Below, in pieces: positions 28,705 to 36,928 of a DNA stretch of 64,000 nucleotides. The translations under genes were made by a program, and so were the position numbers. Origin of the DNA: Candidatus Woesearchaeota archaeon (GTDB taxonomy: Archaea > Nanobdellota > Nanobdellia > SCGC-AAA011-G17 > GW2011-AR18); contig JAGVZM010000003.1 of NCBI GenBank assembly GCA_018302545.1, positions 111,680 through 175,679 on the forward strand. The letters are read 5' to 3'. The notes beneath the pieces were generated by a model that was not told the DNA's origin, made no database searches, and saw only the letters and a list, made by a program, of their open reading frames with translations. Position 1 is the first letter of the stretch; each line of letters begins with the position of its first letter.

Positions 28705-30644
28705 ATTAATTTAAACCTCCTTAGAACCAACTCAGGAGACTTATAATATTCATGAACAACTGCTTGAACTTCTTTAAAACCAACAATTCCTCTTTTAAAT
28801 AATTCTTTAACTAATCTTATTCTAATATTAAATTCATTCAAAACTTGTTCAGGTGTAAAACCATAGTGAGTAGCTATATTCTCAAATACCTTACTATTAG
28901 GATTAAAAATGAAGGTATTATTCCTTGGATCCCATCTGAAGACATTGTTTGTAACTTCTCCACCTAATCCTTCTTTAACTTCAACAATTTCATCTATACT
29001 AACTACCTTTCTAACATCTCTTCCTTTGACTTTTGTCTCAGCCATAACAACTACAGCAGATAATGTTTCTATTAAAGAGCCAGATAAATTAATTGGATTT
29101 GTCTCTAATCTTCTTATTAAAGTTCCTACATTTTCAGCATGCATTGTAGCCATACCAGGATGTCCTGAAGCAAAAGCCTGGAATAAAACAAACGCTTCTT
29201 TACCTCTAACTTCTCCTACAATGATATAATCTGGTCTCTGTCTAAAGCTTGCTCTAAGCAAATCAAAGAGACTGACTTCACCATATCTTTGTCCAACTAG
29301 GTTACTTAAACCAACACCTGATCTAGCAACACTAGGTAACCAGTTCTCATGCTCTAATTGAAGTTCTCTTGTATCCTCAATTGAAACAACCCTAGCTTGG
29401 GGGGGTATAAAGAAAGCTATAGAATTAATAAATGAAGTCTTACCACTACCTGTTCCACCTATTACCATCAAACTATGTTCATATTCAATAGACATCCATA
29501 GATAAGAATAAACTTCAGCACTAGCAGTTCCCTTAATCATTAATTGTAATGGACTCCAAGGTTCCTTTGTAAACTTTCTAAGCGTAAATGTTGGTCCTTT
29601 TGAAGATACGTCTATACTAAAAGTAGCATTAACTCTTGTTCCATCAGGCAAACTTCCATCTAATAAAGGTTCAGCATAACTAACATATCTTCCACATTTT
29701 TGTGCTAATTTTTCAACAAAAGAAGCAAGATTATGCATATCTCTATAAACTAAACTAGTCCTAATATTTCTAAATTTTCTATGAACAATATACAAAGGGC
29801 TGTTTAAACCATTACATTCAATATCTTCTATAAAATAATCATTCATCATAGGCTCTAATTCATTTAGACCTACAAAATCTCTATAAATATAATACATTGT
29901 TCTAAGGTAAGAGTCCATAGTAATTTCTATAGAGAGTTCTGTAAGTAAAACTTTAATGTTTTTTTCAAGATAAATAATAACTGTATCTCTATCATTAACA
30001 CTTATAAAACTCAAATTGATTAGCTCTTTTATACCGTCTTCTAAAATGTCCAATATTTGTTTTTCATGTTCGCTTAATAAAGGTTCTTCAATTTCATAAA
30101 CTAATTCTGTCTCTTTTTCATCCCAACTAACCTTAGCATAAGCATAAGGGGGAATTAAAGGGTACTTTATATTAACTAATTTAGGATCATTAATGTCTGG
30201 TAAAGTAGGAATAGTCTGTTCTTGAATTTTAAATAAAGGTTTATCTTCTTCCATAGTCTTCATAGGTTTGGGTATAGCCGCAATAGAATCATCTATATTT
30301 GGAGGAGGTATATTATTTGTTTGATCTTTAGGTACTTTTATCTCTTTATTAATTTGGATGTTATTCTCTATTTCATTTTTTTTATCTAATGAATTTTTAG
30401 TTTCTTGCTTCTGATCTTGTGAAATTTTATTCTTTAATTTAGGTCTAACAATTATTAGATATAATATTGCACCAACAACTCCTAAAAAAATAATTAAAAT
30501 TATCCATAAGACTTTTTTATCAAACTTTTTCATAATTGCATCTATTAAAACCCAAATCCAAAATACAAACATAAGCAACCACACAACACCAACAACTATT
30601 AGAACTATAGAACCTAATCCAAGAACACTATCTAGTAAAGCCAT
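28701..30644 (-). CDS. Type II/IV secretion system ATPase (FlaI/VirB11/PilB superfamily) with an N-terminal PLDc_N-like membrane hairpin
   Basis: Walker A GGTGSGKTSF, Asp/His-box region RPDYIIVGEVRGKEA ... GHPGMATMHA. Residues ~8-68 (LIVVGVVWLLMFVFWIWVLIDAIMKKFDKKVLWIILIIFLGVVGAILYLIIVRP) form two TM helices. Confidence 0.85.
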   Translation of the reverse strand: MALLDSVLGLGSIVLIVVGVVWLLMFVFWIWVLIDAIMKKFDKKVLWIILIIFLGVVGAILYLIIVRPKLKNKISQDQKQETKNSLDKKNEIENNIQINKEIKVPKDQTNNIPPPNIDDSIAAIPKPMKTMEEDKPLFKIQEQTIPTLPDINDPKLVNIKYPLIPPYAYAKVSWDEKETELVYEIEEPLLSEHEKQILDILEDGIKELINLSFISVNDRDTVIIYLEKNIKVLLTELSIEITMDSYLRTMYYIYRDFVGLNELEPMMNDYFIEDIECNGLNSPLYIVHRKFRNIRTSLVYRDMHNLASFVEKLAQKCGRYVSYAEPLLDGSLPDGTRVNATFSIDVSSKGPTFTLRKFTKEPWSPLQLMIKGTASAEVYSYLWMSIEYEHSLMVIGGTGSGKTSFINSIAFFIPPQARVVSIEDTRELQLEHENWLPSVARSGVGLSNLVGQRYGEVSLFDLLRASFRQRPDYIIVGEVRGKEAFVLFQAFASGHPGMATMHAENVGTLIRRLETNPINLSGSLIETLSAVVVMAETKVKGRDVRKVVSIDEIVEVKEGLGGEVTNNVFRWDPRNNTFIFNPNSKVFENIATHYGFTPEQVLNEFNIRIRLVKELFKRGIVGFKEVQAVVHEYYKSPELVLRRFKLI

Positions 30645-30660
30645 TATACCTCTTTTGTTA

Positions 30661-30690
30661 TATAAAAAATAAAAAAAGAAGTTTATATAT
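30661..30690. repeat. 30-nt exact repeat copy 1 (tataaaaaataaaaaaagaagtttatatat)
   Basis: Identical to 31845-31874. Both copies lie directly 3' of paralogous pilin genes and 5' of the next gene. Confidence 0.9.
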
Positions 30691-30703
30691 GTTTCTTAAT
30701 CTA

Positions 30704-31306
30704 TTATTTTGGGAAATCTCTAGAAATTCCATTGCCTGGACAAGGATTAGAAATTCCTTCAATCACAACATTAGGCTTAAATTCTAATCTTACAGGTTCA
30801 GTTATTAATGAATTATTATATAATAATACAAAACTTTGTATTGAATTTCCAGGAATGCTATAATCTCTTACACCAATACCCTCATTATATTTAACAATTT
30901 GAGTGCTATTATCTGTAGAATTATAAGGATAAGTTTTTACATTAGATGTGTCAACAACTTCAATAATAGTTGCTCCTTTATTAAATATCCTAACATTAAA
31001 TCCGTTTATAGATCTAGCTGCATTGTTCTCTACTGTAATGCCCATTAAAATTAAGTTAATTCCAGCACTTTCAGGGTTCGGATTAGGATACAATTGTCTA
31101 TTTAGAGGAGCTAAACTAGCTTTAATATCTAAAGAACCAATAACTTCTGTACAAGCAAGGCTAATATCTGTAGATTTAGCAGTCCCTTCTTGGGTTTTTT
31201 TAAATAGGTTTGTACCCCAAGTAATAGCTATAGCAGCAAGAACTATTGTAAATCCAATGATAAGCACAGTAGCTATCAAAGGACTTATACCTCTCTTATT
31301 ATTCAT
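30704..31306 (-). CDS. Archaeal type IV pilin-like protein (Pilin_N/DUF1628-type N-terminus)
   Basis: MNNKRGISPLIATVLIIGFTIVLAAIAITWGTNLFKKTQ. The 5' ~100 nt are near-identical to those of 31885-32391. Confidence 0.8.
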   Translation of the reverse strand: MNNKRGISPLIATVLIIGFTIVLAAIAITWGTNLFKKTQEGTAKSTDISLACTEVIGSLDIKASLAPLNRQLYPNPNPESAGINLILMGITVENNAARSINGFNVRIFNKGATIIEVVDTSNVKTYPYNSTDNSTQIVKYNEGIGVRDYSIPGNSIQSFVLLYNNSLITEPVRLEFKPNVVIEGISNPCPGNGISRDFPK

Positions 31307-31842
31307 TATCTATTAACCTCTGCGATGCTTACTACAACAGCATTATTAAAAACTCCTTCATTTCTAATTATCAAATCATTTAAACCAACTAAAGTATTTG
31401 ATTTACCTTGCTTATTAGTTATATTAGCAAAACCACTATAGTTTGTATAAACATTTATAGAATATCTATTGTTTGTGTTAGTTGAATCTGTCCTTACAAT
31501 CAGTTTGCCTTCAGAAACATCTATTCCCTCTTCACTAATTTTTACTCTGGAATCATTAAAATTCCAAGCAATTGTTTCTCTTTGATCATCTAAAACAAAA
31601 GATCCTTTTCTTATATTAACTGTAACTATCCTCTGGCTCCCAGGACCTTCTCTAACAACTTCTCTTACATTATCATCTAATTTATGCATAACTTCTTTTG
31701 ATTGAATTATTATATTCTTATCTTTTAATTTATTAACAACAGGTAATCCTGCAGCAAGTAATACAGAAATAATAATAATACCTAAACCAAAATAGAGCAC
31801 CGCACTAATCCAAACACTAGCACCCTTTTTTCCAAAAATCAT
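31306..31842 (-). CDS. Divergent pilin-like protein with a class III signal peptide
   Basis: MIFGKKGASVWISAVLYFGLGIIIISVLLAAGLPV. 178 aa. Confidence 0.55.
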   Translation of the reverse strand: MIFGKKGASVWISAVLYFGLGIIIISVLLAAGLPVVNKLKDKNIIIQSKEVMHKLDDNVREVVREGPGSQRIVTVNIRKGSFVLDDQRETIAWNFNDSRVKISEEGIDVSEGKLIVRTDSTNTNNRYSINVYTNYSGFANITNKQGKSNTLVGLNDLIIRNEGVFNNAVVVSIAEVNR

Positions 31843-31844
31843 AA

Positions 31845-31874
31845 TATAAAAAATAAAAAAAGAAGTTTATATAT
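31845..31874. repeat. 30-nt exact repeat copy 2
   Basis: Identical to 30661-30690. Confidence 0.9.
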
Positions 31875-31884
31875 CTTTTGCAAA

Positions 31885-32391
31885 TTAAACTTCCTTAGTA
31901 ATTCCTTGACCTGGACATTGTTTAGCTATTCCTTCAATAACAACCTTTGGTCTTAATACAACTTTAGTCGCATTAGGAACTAAACCATTGTTATAAGTAA
32001 AATTAAATGTCCTTATTGTATTAGCTGGTACTAAATAATTGCCAGGAATTATCTGTGCTGCTTGAGTTACATTATCTGTATCTAATACATCTGCTATAGT
32101 ATCTCCTATATTTTGTACTCTAACTACAAATCCATTTACCTCTCTAGAAACACCATTATCAAGAGTCATTGTAAAAGTATTTGGTGCAACTCTATACAAT
32201 TTAAGGTCTAAATTTCCAATAACTTCTGTACAAGCAATGTTAATGTCTGAAGTCTCTGCAGTCGCTGTTTGTGTTTTTTTAAATAGGTTTGTACCCCAAG
32301 TAATAACCAATGCAGCTATTACTACAGTAAATCCAATGATAAGCACAGTAGCTATCAAAGGACTTATACCTTTCTTATTTTTATTTTTCAT
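31885..32391 (-). CDS. Archaeal type IV pilin-like protein
   Basis: MKNKNKKGISPLIATVLIIGFTVVIAALVITWGTNLFKKTQ. A GAGGTGA SD precedes it. Confidence 0.8.
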   Translation of the reverse strand: MKNKNKKGISPLIATVLIIGFTVVIAALVITWGTNLFKKTQTATAETSDINIACTEVIGNLDLKLYRVAPNTFTMTLDNGVSREVNGFVVRVQNIGDTIADVLDTDNVTQAAQIIPGNYLVPANTIRTFNFTYNNGLVPNATKVVLRPKVVIEGIAKQCPGQGITKEV

Positions 32392-32402
32392 TATTTTTCA
32401 CC

Positions 32403-33017
32403 TCAAGGTCTTATTTTTAATTCTATAGGATCCTCACAATATTTGGATTCTCCGTCGATTGTAAATTGAGGATATATCTCAACTTTACTAGCATTTGTTG
32501 CATTTACTCCGGCAGTTACACCAAGAGCTCTATTAACTATACCAACTACACCATATATACTTGGTACTGGGAATTGAAGTTTAGCTAAGTTAGTATCTGC
32601 ACTCCATTGGTTATTGGCACCATCCCAAACAGAAAATGAATTCTGGCTGTTTGGATCTATGGCTTGCAAATCTCTAATGTTTGCAATTTCATTACCCTCA
32701 TATAATATAAATCTAAATCCACTAACTTCTTGATCTTGGTTACGGTTTTTAATCCTAATTGCTAAAGTGTCTGGAACAGCAGGATTCGGAACTGTACCTC
32801 CACTTAAAGTTGAAGGATCTCTAACAACTTCTGTATCAATCTTAAAACCAGTAGTACAAGCTAAATTAAATTTAGAAGCGCTTGCTGTATCATCTACAGT
32901 TGTTCTAAACAATTTTGTACCCCAAGTAATAACCAATGCAGCTAATACTATTGTAAATCCGATAACTAAAACAGTAGCTATCAAAGGACTTATACCTTTC
33001 TTATTTTTATTTTTCAT
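32403..33017 (-). CDS. Archaeal type IV pilin-like protein
   Basis: I chose the start at the second Met (MKNKNKKGISPLIATVLVIGFTIVLAALVITWGTKLF). Its RBS and first ~50 nt are identical to those of 31885-32391, and this removes the overlap of the longer track ORF (to 33041). Confidence 0.75.
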   Translation of the reverse strand: MKNKNKKGISPLIATVLVIGFTIVLAALVITWGTKLFRTTVDDTASASKFNLACTTGFKIDTEVVRDPSTLSGGTVPNPAVPDTLAIRIKNRNQDQEVSGFRFILYEGNEIANIRDLQAIDPNSQNSFSVWDGANNQWSADTNLAKLQFPVPSIYGVVGIVNRALGVTAGVNATNASKVEIYPQFTIDGESKYCEDPIELKIRP

Positions 33018-33031
33018 TATTTTCCACCTCT

Positions 33032-33532
33032 CTATGAACATTTAACTTGCTGTAATTTATCTATACATAAAACTAATTTATGTCCTTCTCCTTCTTCTTT
33101 TATTACTCCAGGAATTACTTCCACGCTTTCTGGACCATTAGCTCTTGGATTATTATATGAAAAAATAAATTCTTCTCCAGGACTAATTTTCCTTCCACTT
33201 GGAGGAATTCCAGATGCAGATCCATCCTGATAATACGAAACAATCCTTATTGCATCAACATCAGAATTTCCAACATTAGTTACTTTAACATCCAAAGTAT
33301 TTCCATTAATGCTACAACTAGCAGAGATATCTTGAGCTATCTGTTCTTTAATACCACAATCTACTTTTTGTATATTCCCTATAACAATTCCACTAAAAAG
33401 AAGCCATACCCCTACTGCAATTACAACAACAGCACCCACAAGAATAACAGTAGCTATCAAAGGACTTATACCTTTCTTACCACCAAACCTCTTTTCCATA
33501 CTAAGTTTAGAAACATTTTCATTTAAAAGCAT
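33032..33532 (-). CDS. Archaeal type IV pilin-like protein
   Basis: ...MEKRFGGKKGISPLIATVILVGAVVVIAVGVWLL. The true start may be the internal Met at 33499. Confidence 0.7.
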   Translation of the reverse strand: MLLNENVSKLSMEKRFGGKKGISPLIATVILVGAVVVIAVGVWLLFSGIVIGNIQKVDCGIKEQIAQDISASCSINGNTLDVKVTNVGNSDVDAIRIVSYYQDGSASGIPPSGRKISPGEEFIFSYNNPRANGPESVEVIPGVIKEEGEGHKLVLCIDKLQQVKCS

Positions 33533-33587
33533 ATCGGTTTAATTGATTTTTTCATGTTTTTTAATTATTATAAAAAACAAAATAGAT

Positions 33588-34214
33588 TCAAGTACAGCCT
33601 GGAGGACCACGAACATCTAAACATAATTGAGTATAATTAATTACTATCTGTCTGTTTACACATCTAATAAATTGAGATTTTTCTGTATCATTAATTATAG
33701 GTATAATCTTTATTTCATCATCATTAAAACCTGTGTTTAAATCTATACTAATATTATATTTATTATTTTGACCAGGACTTATAGAAGATAAAGTTGGAGT
33801 TGCTCCTGAAGAATCTACAATTTGATAAGTTACAGAACCAGCACCTGGAGCAGTAATGATCAATTTATGAATTGAAAAAGTTCCCTTGTTTATTAAAGTT
33901 AATGGGCTTAATAATCTCCTCGTTGGTGAAGGGTTTGGTCCAAAATTAATTGGTCTTCCAGATCCAGGAGTAGCAGGATCCATTGTAACCGGATCTATAC
34001 CCCCCTCTTGATGTGTGTTAAAATTAGCCCTATCCAAAACATCATAACCTAATCCAACAGAGTCGCAATAAACACTTTCCTCAGCAATCAAATTTGGATC
34101 AAATTCCTTAGCTTGTTTAATAAAATAACTAGAAACAACTGCTCCTAAAGTAACAACAAAAGCTACAAGTATAACTGCAGATAATAAAGGACTTATACCT
34201 CTTTTATTTTTCAT
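33588..34214 (-). CDS. Archaeal type IV pilin-like protein (first gene of the operon)
   Basis: MKNKRGISPLLSAVILVAFVVTLGAVVSSYF. 208 aa with 5 Cys. Confidence 0.75.
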   Translation of the reverse strand: MKNKRGISPLLSAVILVAFVVTLGAVVSSYFIKQAKEFDPNLIAEESVYCDSVGLGYDVLDRANFNTHQEGGIDPVTMDPATPGSGRPINFGPNPSPTRRLLSPLTLINKGTFSIHKLIITAPGAGSVTYQIVDSSGATPTLSSISPGQNNKYNISIDLNTGFNDDEIKIIPIINDTEKSQFIRCVNRQIVINYTQLCLDVRGPPGCT

Positions 34215-34237
34215 TAAAACATTAAATAGAAAACTAG

Positions 34238-34251
34238 ATTTTAAACCTTTC
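34238..34251 (-). promoter_or_regulatory. Candidate BRE/TATA element for the pilus operon
   Basis: The minus strand reads GAAAGG TTTAAAAT, centred ~28 nt upstream of the ATG at 34214. This would give a leaderless or near-leaderless transcript. Confidence 0.3.
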
Positions 34252-34335
34252 TAATTAATTAAAAGACTTGCACAACCCAATAAAGAATAAACACTTGAGG
34301 GCAGAGTATTCAATTTAAAAATAAAAGTGCAAAGC

Positions 34336-34485
34336 TTAATTAGACTCTTTAATTATTTGATTAGCATCAGGTTCAATTGATAAACTATTGAAAGCACCGC
34401 AATTCCCGCATCTTTCTGGAGGTCTAGCTTTAGGCATTTTAGGACTATACTTAAAGCTGCAATTCCTACAGTAATATCTTACCAT
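34336..34485 (-). CDS. Small zinc-ribbon protein (49 aa)
   Basis: Hand-found ORF MVRYYCRNCSFKYSPKMPKARPPERCGNCGAFNSLSIEPDANQIIKESN, with CxxC-x20-CxxC. Confidence 0.45.
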   Translation of the reverse strand: MVRYYCRNCSFKYSPKMPKARPPERCGNCGAFNSLSIEPDANQIIKESN

Positions 34486-34574
34486 ATAATTAAATTATAG
34501 AATGTAGTATATAAACATTATTATGTTTAGAACAAAACATCTAATTTTATATTATTTACTAAATTTTCTACATT

Positions 34575-34958
34575 ATGGGAAAAACTTATGAAAATATAAA
34601 AGACAAATTTGGATATGGTTTAATAGGTGTTGCTGTAATTGATATTATTCAAAGGCAGTTTACAGGAAATAGTTTGTATGAACTAATAAATGAGCATTCT
34701 CTAATAAAATCTTCTCCAGAATTAGTTTATGATATTGCTGTTGCTTCTGCAGGAATATTAAGCCTTTATTTTAAAGAACTAAGAAAAACTAGAATGGAAT
34801 TAAAGGCAAAAGAAGCAAGATTAGAAGAAAATGTAAGAGCATTAGAGAGAGTAGAAAATGATTTAGGTGCAGCCTTAGGAGAAATTGAAAGATTAAAAAG
34901 ACAAAAAGGATCTCAAAATTTTTTTATAATCAAAGAACCTGAAGGTCCAACAAATTAA
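34575..34958 (+). CDS. Hypothetical protein with a C-terminal coiled coil
   Basis: ORF track; a heptad-like region ELKAKEARLEENVRALERVENDLGAALGEIERLKRQ. Confidence 0.4.
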   Translation: MGKTYENIKDKFGYGLIGVAVIDIIQRQFTGNSLYELINEHSLIKSSPELVYDIAVASAGILSLYFKELRKTRMELKAKEARLEENVRALERVENDLGAALGEIERLKRQKGSQNFFIIKEPEGPTN

Positions 34959-35001
34959 ACAAATACAAAAATATTTAAACATAAACTAAATTAATTAATT
35001 A

Positions 35002-35454
35002 ATGATAAAAAAGACGGTATCAAAAGACACTCCATTAGCTGAAATTACTTTAAGAAAATATGAAAAACCTTCTTCTGAAATGCCCAAAAGAGATGCAATA
35101 AAAAAATTGTGTTTATCAATTGGATTATTGCAGCCAGGAGACTCAAGAGATATTGTTGTAGATATTTTCCATGTTCTTCACGATGCAAAATTACAATTAA
35201 ATTCAGAAGAAATTCAAAAAAGAGTTGTTGGCTATAGAAAAAAATCAAATCTTCCACTTCAAGGAATTGCACAATCAAATATTAGAAGACAATTAAGAAG
35301 ATTAAGAGAATTATTTTTAGTAGAAAAAGTAAAGAATACTTATAGAATATCTGAAAACGAAAACATCCATAATATCTTCGAAGAAAAAATAAAAAAGTTC
35401 TATATTCCAACAATAGTTTCAAGAGTAGAAGAATATTTTAAACATCTAAAATAA
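35002..35454 (+). CDS. Putative winged-helix DNA-binding protein
   Basis: The HTH-like segment GIAQSNIRRQLRRLRELFLVEK. The assignment is weak. Confidence 0.35.
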   Translation: MIKKTVSKDTPLAEITLRKYEKPSSEMPKRDAIKKLCLSIGLLQPGDSRDIVVDIFHVLHDAKLQLNSEEIQKRVVGYRKKSNLPLQGIAQSNIRRQLRRLRELFLVEKVKNTYRISENENIHNIFEEKIKKFYIPTIVSRVEEYFKHLK

Positions 35455-35488
35455 TTAGGCTTTTATAATCCTATAGCAAGTTTATTAG

Positions 35489-36145
35489 ATGAAATCAAAT
35501 TCACCTTCAGGAGAAAAAACCTCTGAATTTTCATCATTTCATAGAGGTATTCCAAATCCTAATATTTTACTGATGTATTTAGAGGAAAAACAACATAATG
35601 CAATTACTAAATTAAACCCATTAATCAAAGATCTAATAAAAAATATAAAAAATAAAAAATTATTAGATATTGGTTGTGGAATTGGTTCTGTTCTTTGTCA
35701 AGGCTTAATTTACTATGGATTAAATCCAAAAAATTTATACTCTTTAGATCAGGATCCGAAAAATTTTGAGAATGATGAGTATTCAAGAGAAAATAAAGTA
35801 GTATGCAAAGCTGAAAACCTACCATTCGAATCTAATTTTTTTGATGTTGTTCATTCAAATGAATTAACTTTAGATAATCCAGATCTAGATTACCTGAAAG
35901 TTTTAAAAGAAATTTGTAGAGTATTAAAACCAAATGGTTTTTACATTGCAAACGAACATTTTGATCAAGTTGAGGAGATGAAAAAAATAAATGAGAATAT
36001 AAAAAACAATTTTAAAGAAATAATTAAAAATAAAAATCTAGCATCAATAGGTTTCAAGCCATTAATAAGAGCAAAATATTTAGATTCACCAAAGATTGGA
36101 AAATATCAGTTTATATTTTACTTATTCCAAAAGAAATCATCTTAA
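35489..36145 (+). CDS. Class I SAM-dependent methyltransferase
   Basis: Motif I LLDIGCGIG and post-I/II patterns, with LKPNGFY. Confidence 0.7.
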   Translation: MKSNSPSGEKTSEFSSFHRGIPNPNILLMYLEEKQHNAITKLNPLIKDLIKNIKNKKLLDIGCGIGSVLCQGLIYYGLNPKNLYSLDQDPKNFENDEYSRENKVVCKAENLPFESNFFDVVHSNELTLDNPDLDYLKVLKEICRVLKPNGFYIANEHFDQVEEMKKINENIKNNFKEIIKNKNLASIGFKPLIRAKYLDSPKIGKYQFIFYLFQKKSS

Positions 36146-36865
36146 TTGTTTTTCAATAGCATTCTTAAATAAGATAAAATCTCTATTTCCACTTATAGTT
36201 TCATTTCCAATTATAAAATAAGGAGTAGAATCAACTCCAGCTGCTCTTCCTTCTGCTAAATTTTTATCTACCCTAATCTTCATTGCGCTACTTTCTAAAC
36301 AATTGTTAAATAATTCTGAATCTAATCCAATATCTGCAGCAGCCTTTTTTAACTTATTCTCTTCTAAATTTTCTCCAAGTAAGAAGATTGAATCATGCAT
36401 CTCCCAGAACTTTCCTTGATCTCCTGCACATTCAGTAGCTTCAGCAGCTTTTCTTGCGTATTCATGGAAGGGTAAAGGAAAATGTTTAAAATTAATCTTA
36501 ACTTTTCCAGTTTTTACATATTCATCTTCAATTTGTTTAAAAGTACCTGTTGCAAAAGAAGCACAAAATGGACATTGAAAATCACTATATTCAATAATTT
36601 CTAAAGTAGCATTATCACTTCCCTTAACATTTTCTCCATCAACTGTTAAAGGAGTATAAGTTACCTCTGGTTTAAAAGCAAGATATAATAAAATAATCAC
36701 TATAATAAAACCAAGAGCATAATAGATATATTTCTTCTTTATCTTTTTCTTCGTTTTATCTTTATTCTCAAACTGAACTGTACCAGAATGTTTATCTTTT
36801 TTATGTTGTTCTAAAGAATTCTTATTTTCAAACTCTCTATCACACTGATTACACTTTTTTTTCAT
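36137..36865 (-). CDS. DsbA-family thiol:disulfide oxidoreductase with an N-terminal C2H2 zinc finger and a TM anchor
   Basis: CNQCDREFENKNSLEQHKKDKH (C-x2-C-x3-F-x5-L-x2-H-x4-H), then the TM helix YIYYALGFIIVIILLYLAF, then a thioredoxin fold with CPFC. Confidence 0.75.
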   Translation of the reverse strand: MKKKCNQCDREFENKNSLEQHKKDKHSGTVQFENKDKTKKKIKKKYIYYALGFIIVIILLYLAFKPEVTYTPLTVDGENVKGSDNATLEIIEYSDFQCPFCASFATGTFKQIEDEYVKTGKVKINFKHFPLPFHEYARKAAEATECAGDQGKFWEMHDSIFLLGENLEENKLKKAAADIGLDSELFNNCLESSAMKIRVDKNLAEGRAAGVDSTPYFIIGNETISGNRDFILFKNAIEKQLR

Positions 36866-36928
36866 TTCTCTAGTAAATAATTAAACACTACTTAAACTTT
36901 GTGGAAAAATAATCTTTGTATTAGAAAT

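Noticed and set aside
33499-33532. Alternative start codons for pilin 33032-33532 (Met1 versus Met12). The same question applies to 24569-25138 and 21135-22721.
   Set aside because: No clear SD distinguishes the candidates, so I left the longest ORF in place. This does not affect the functional call.
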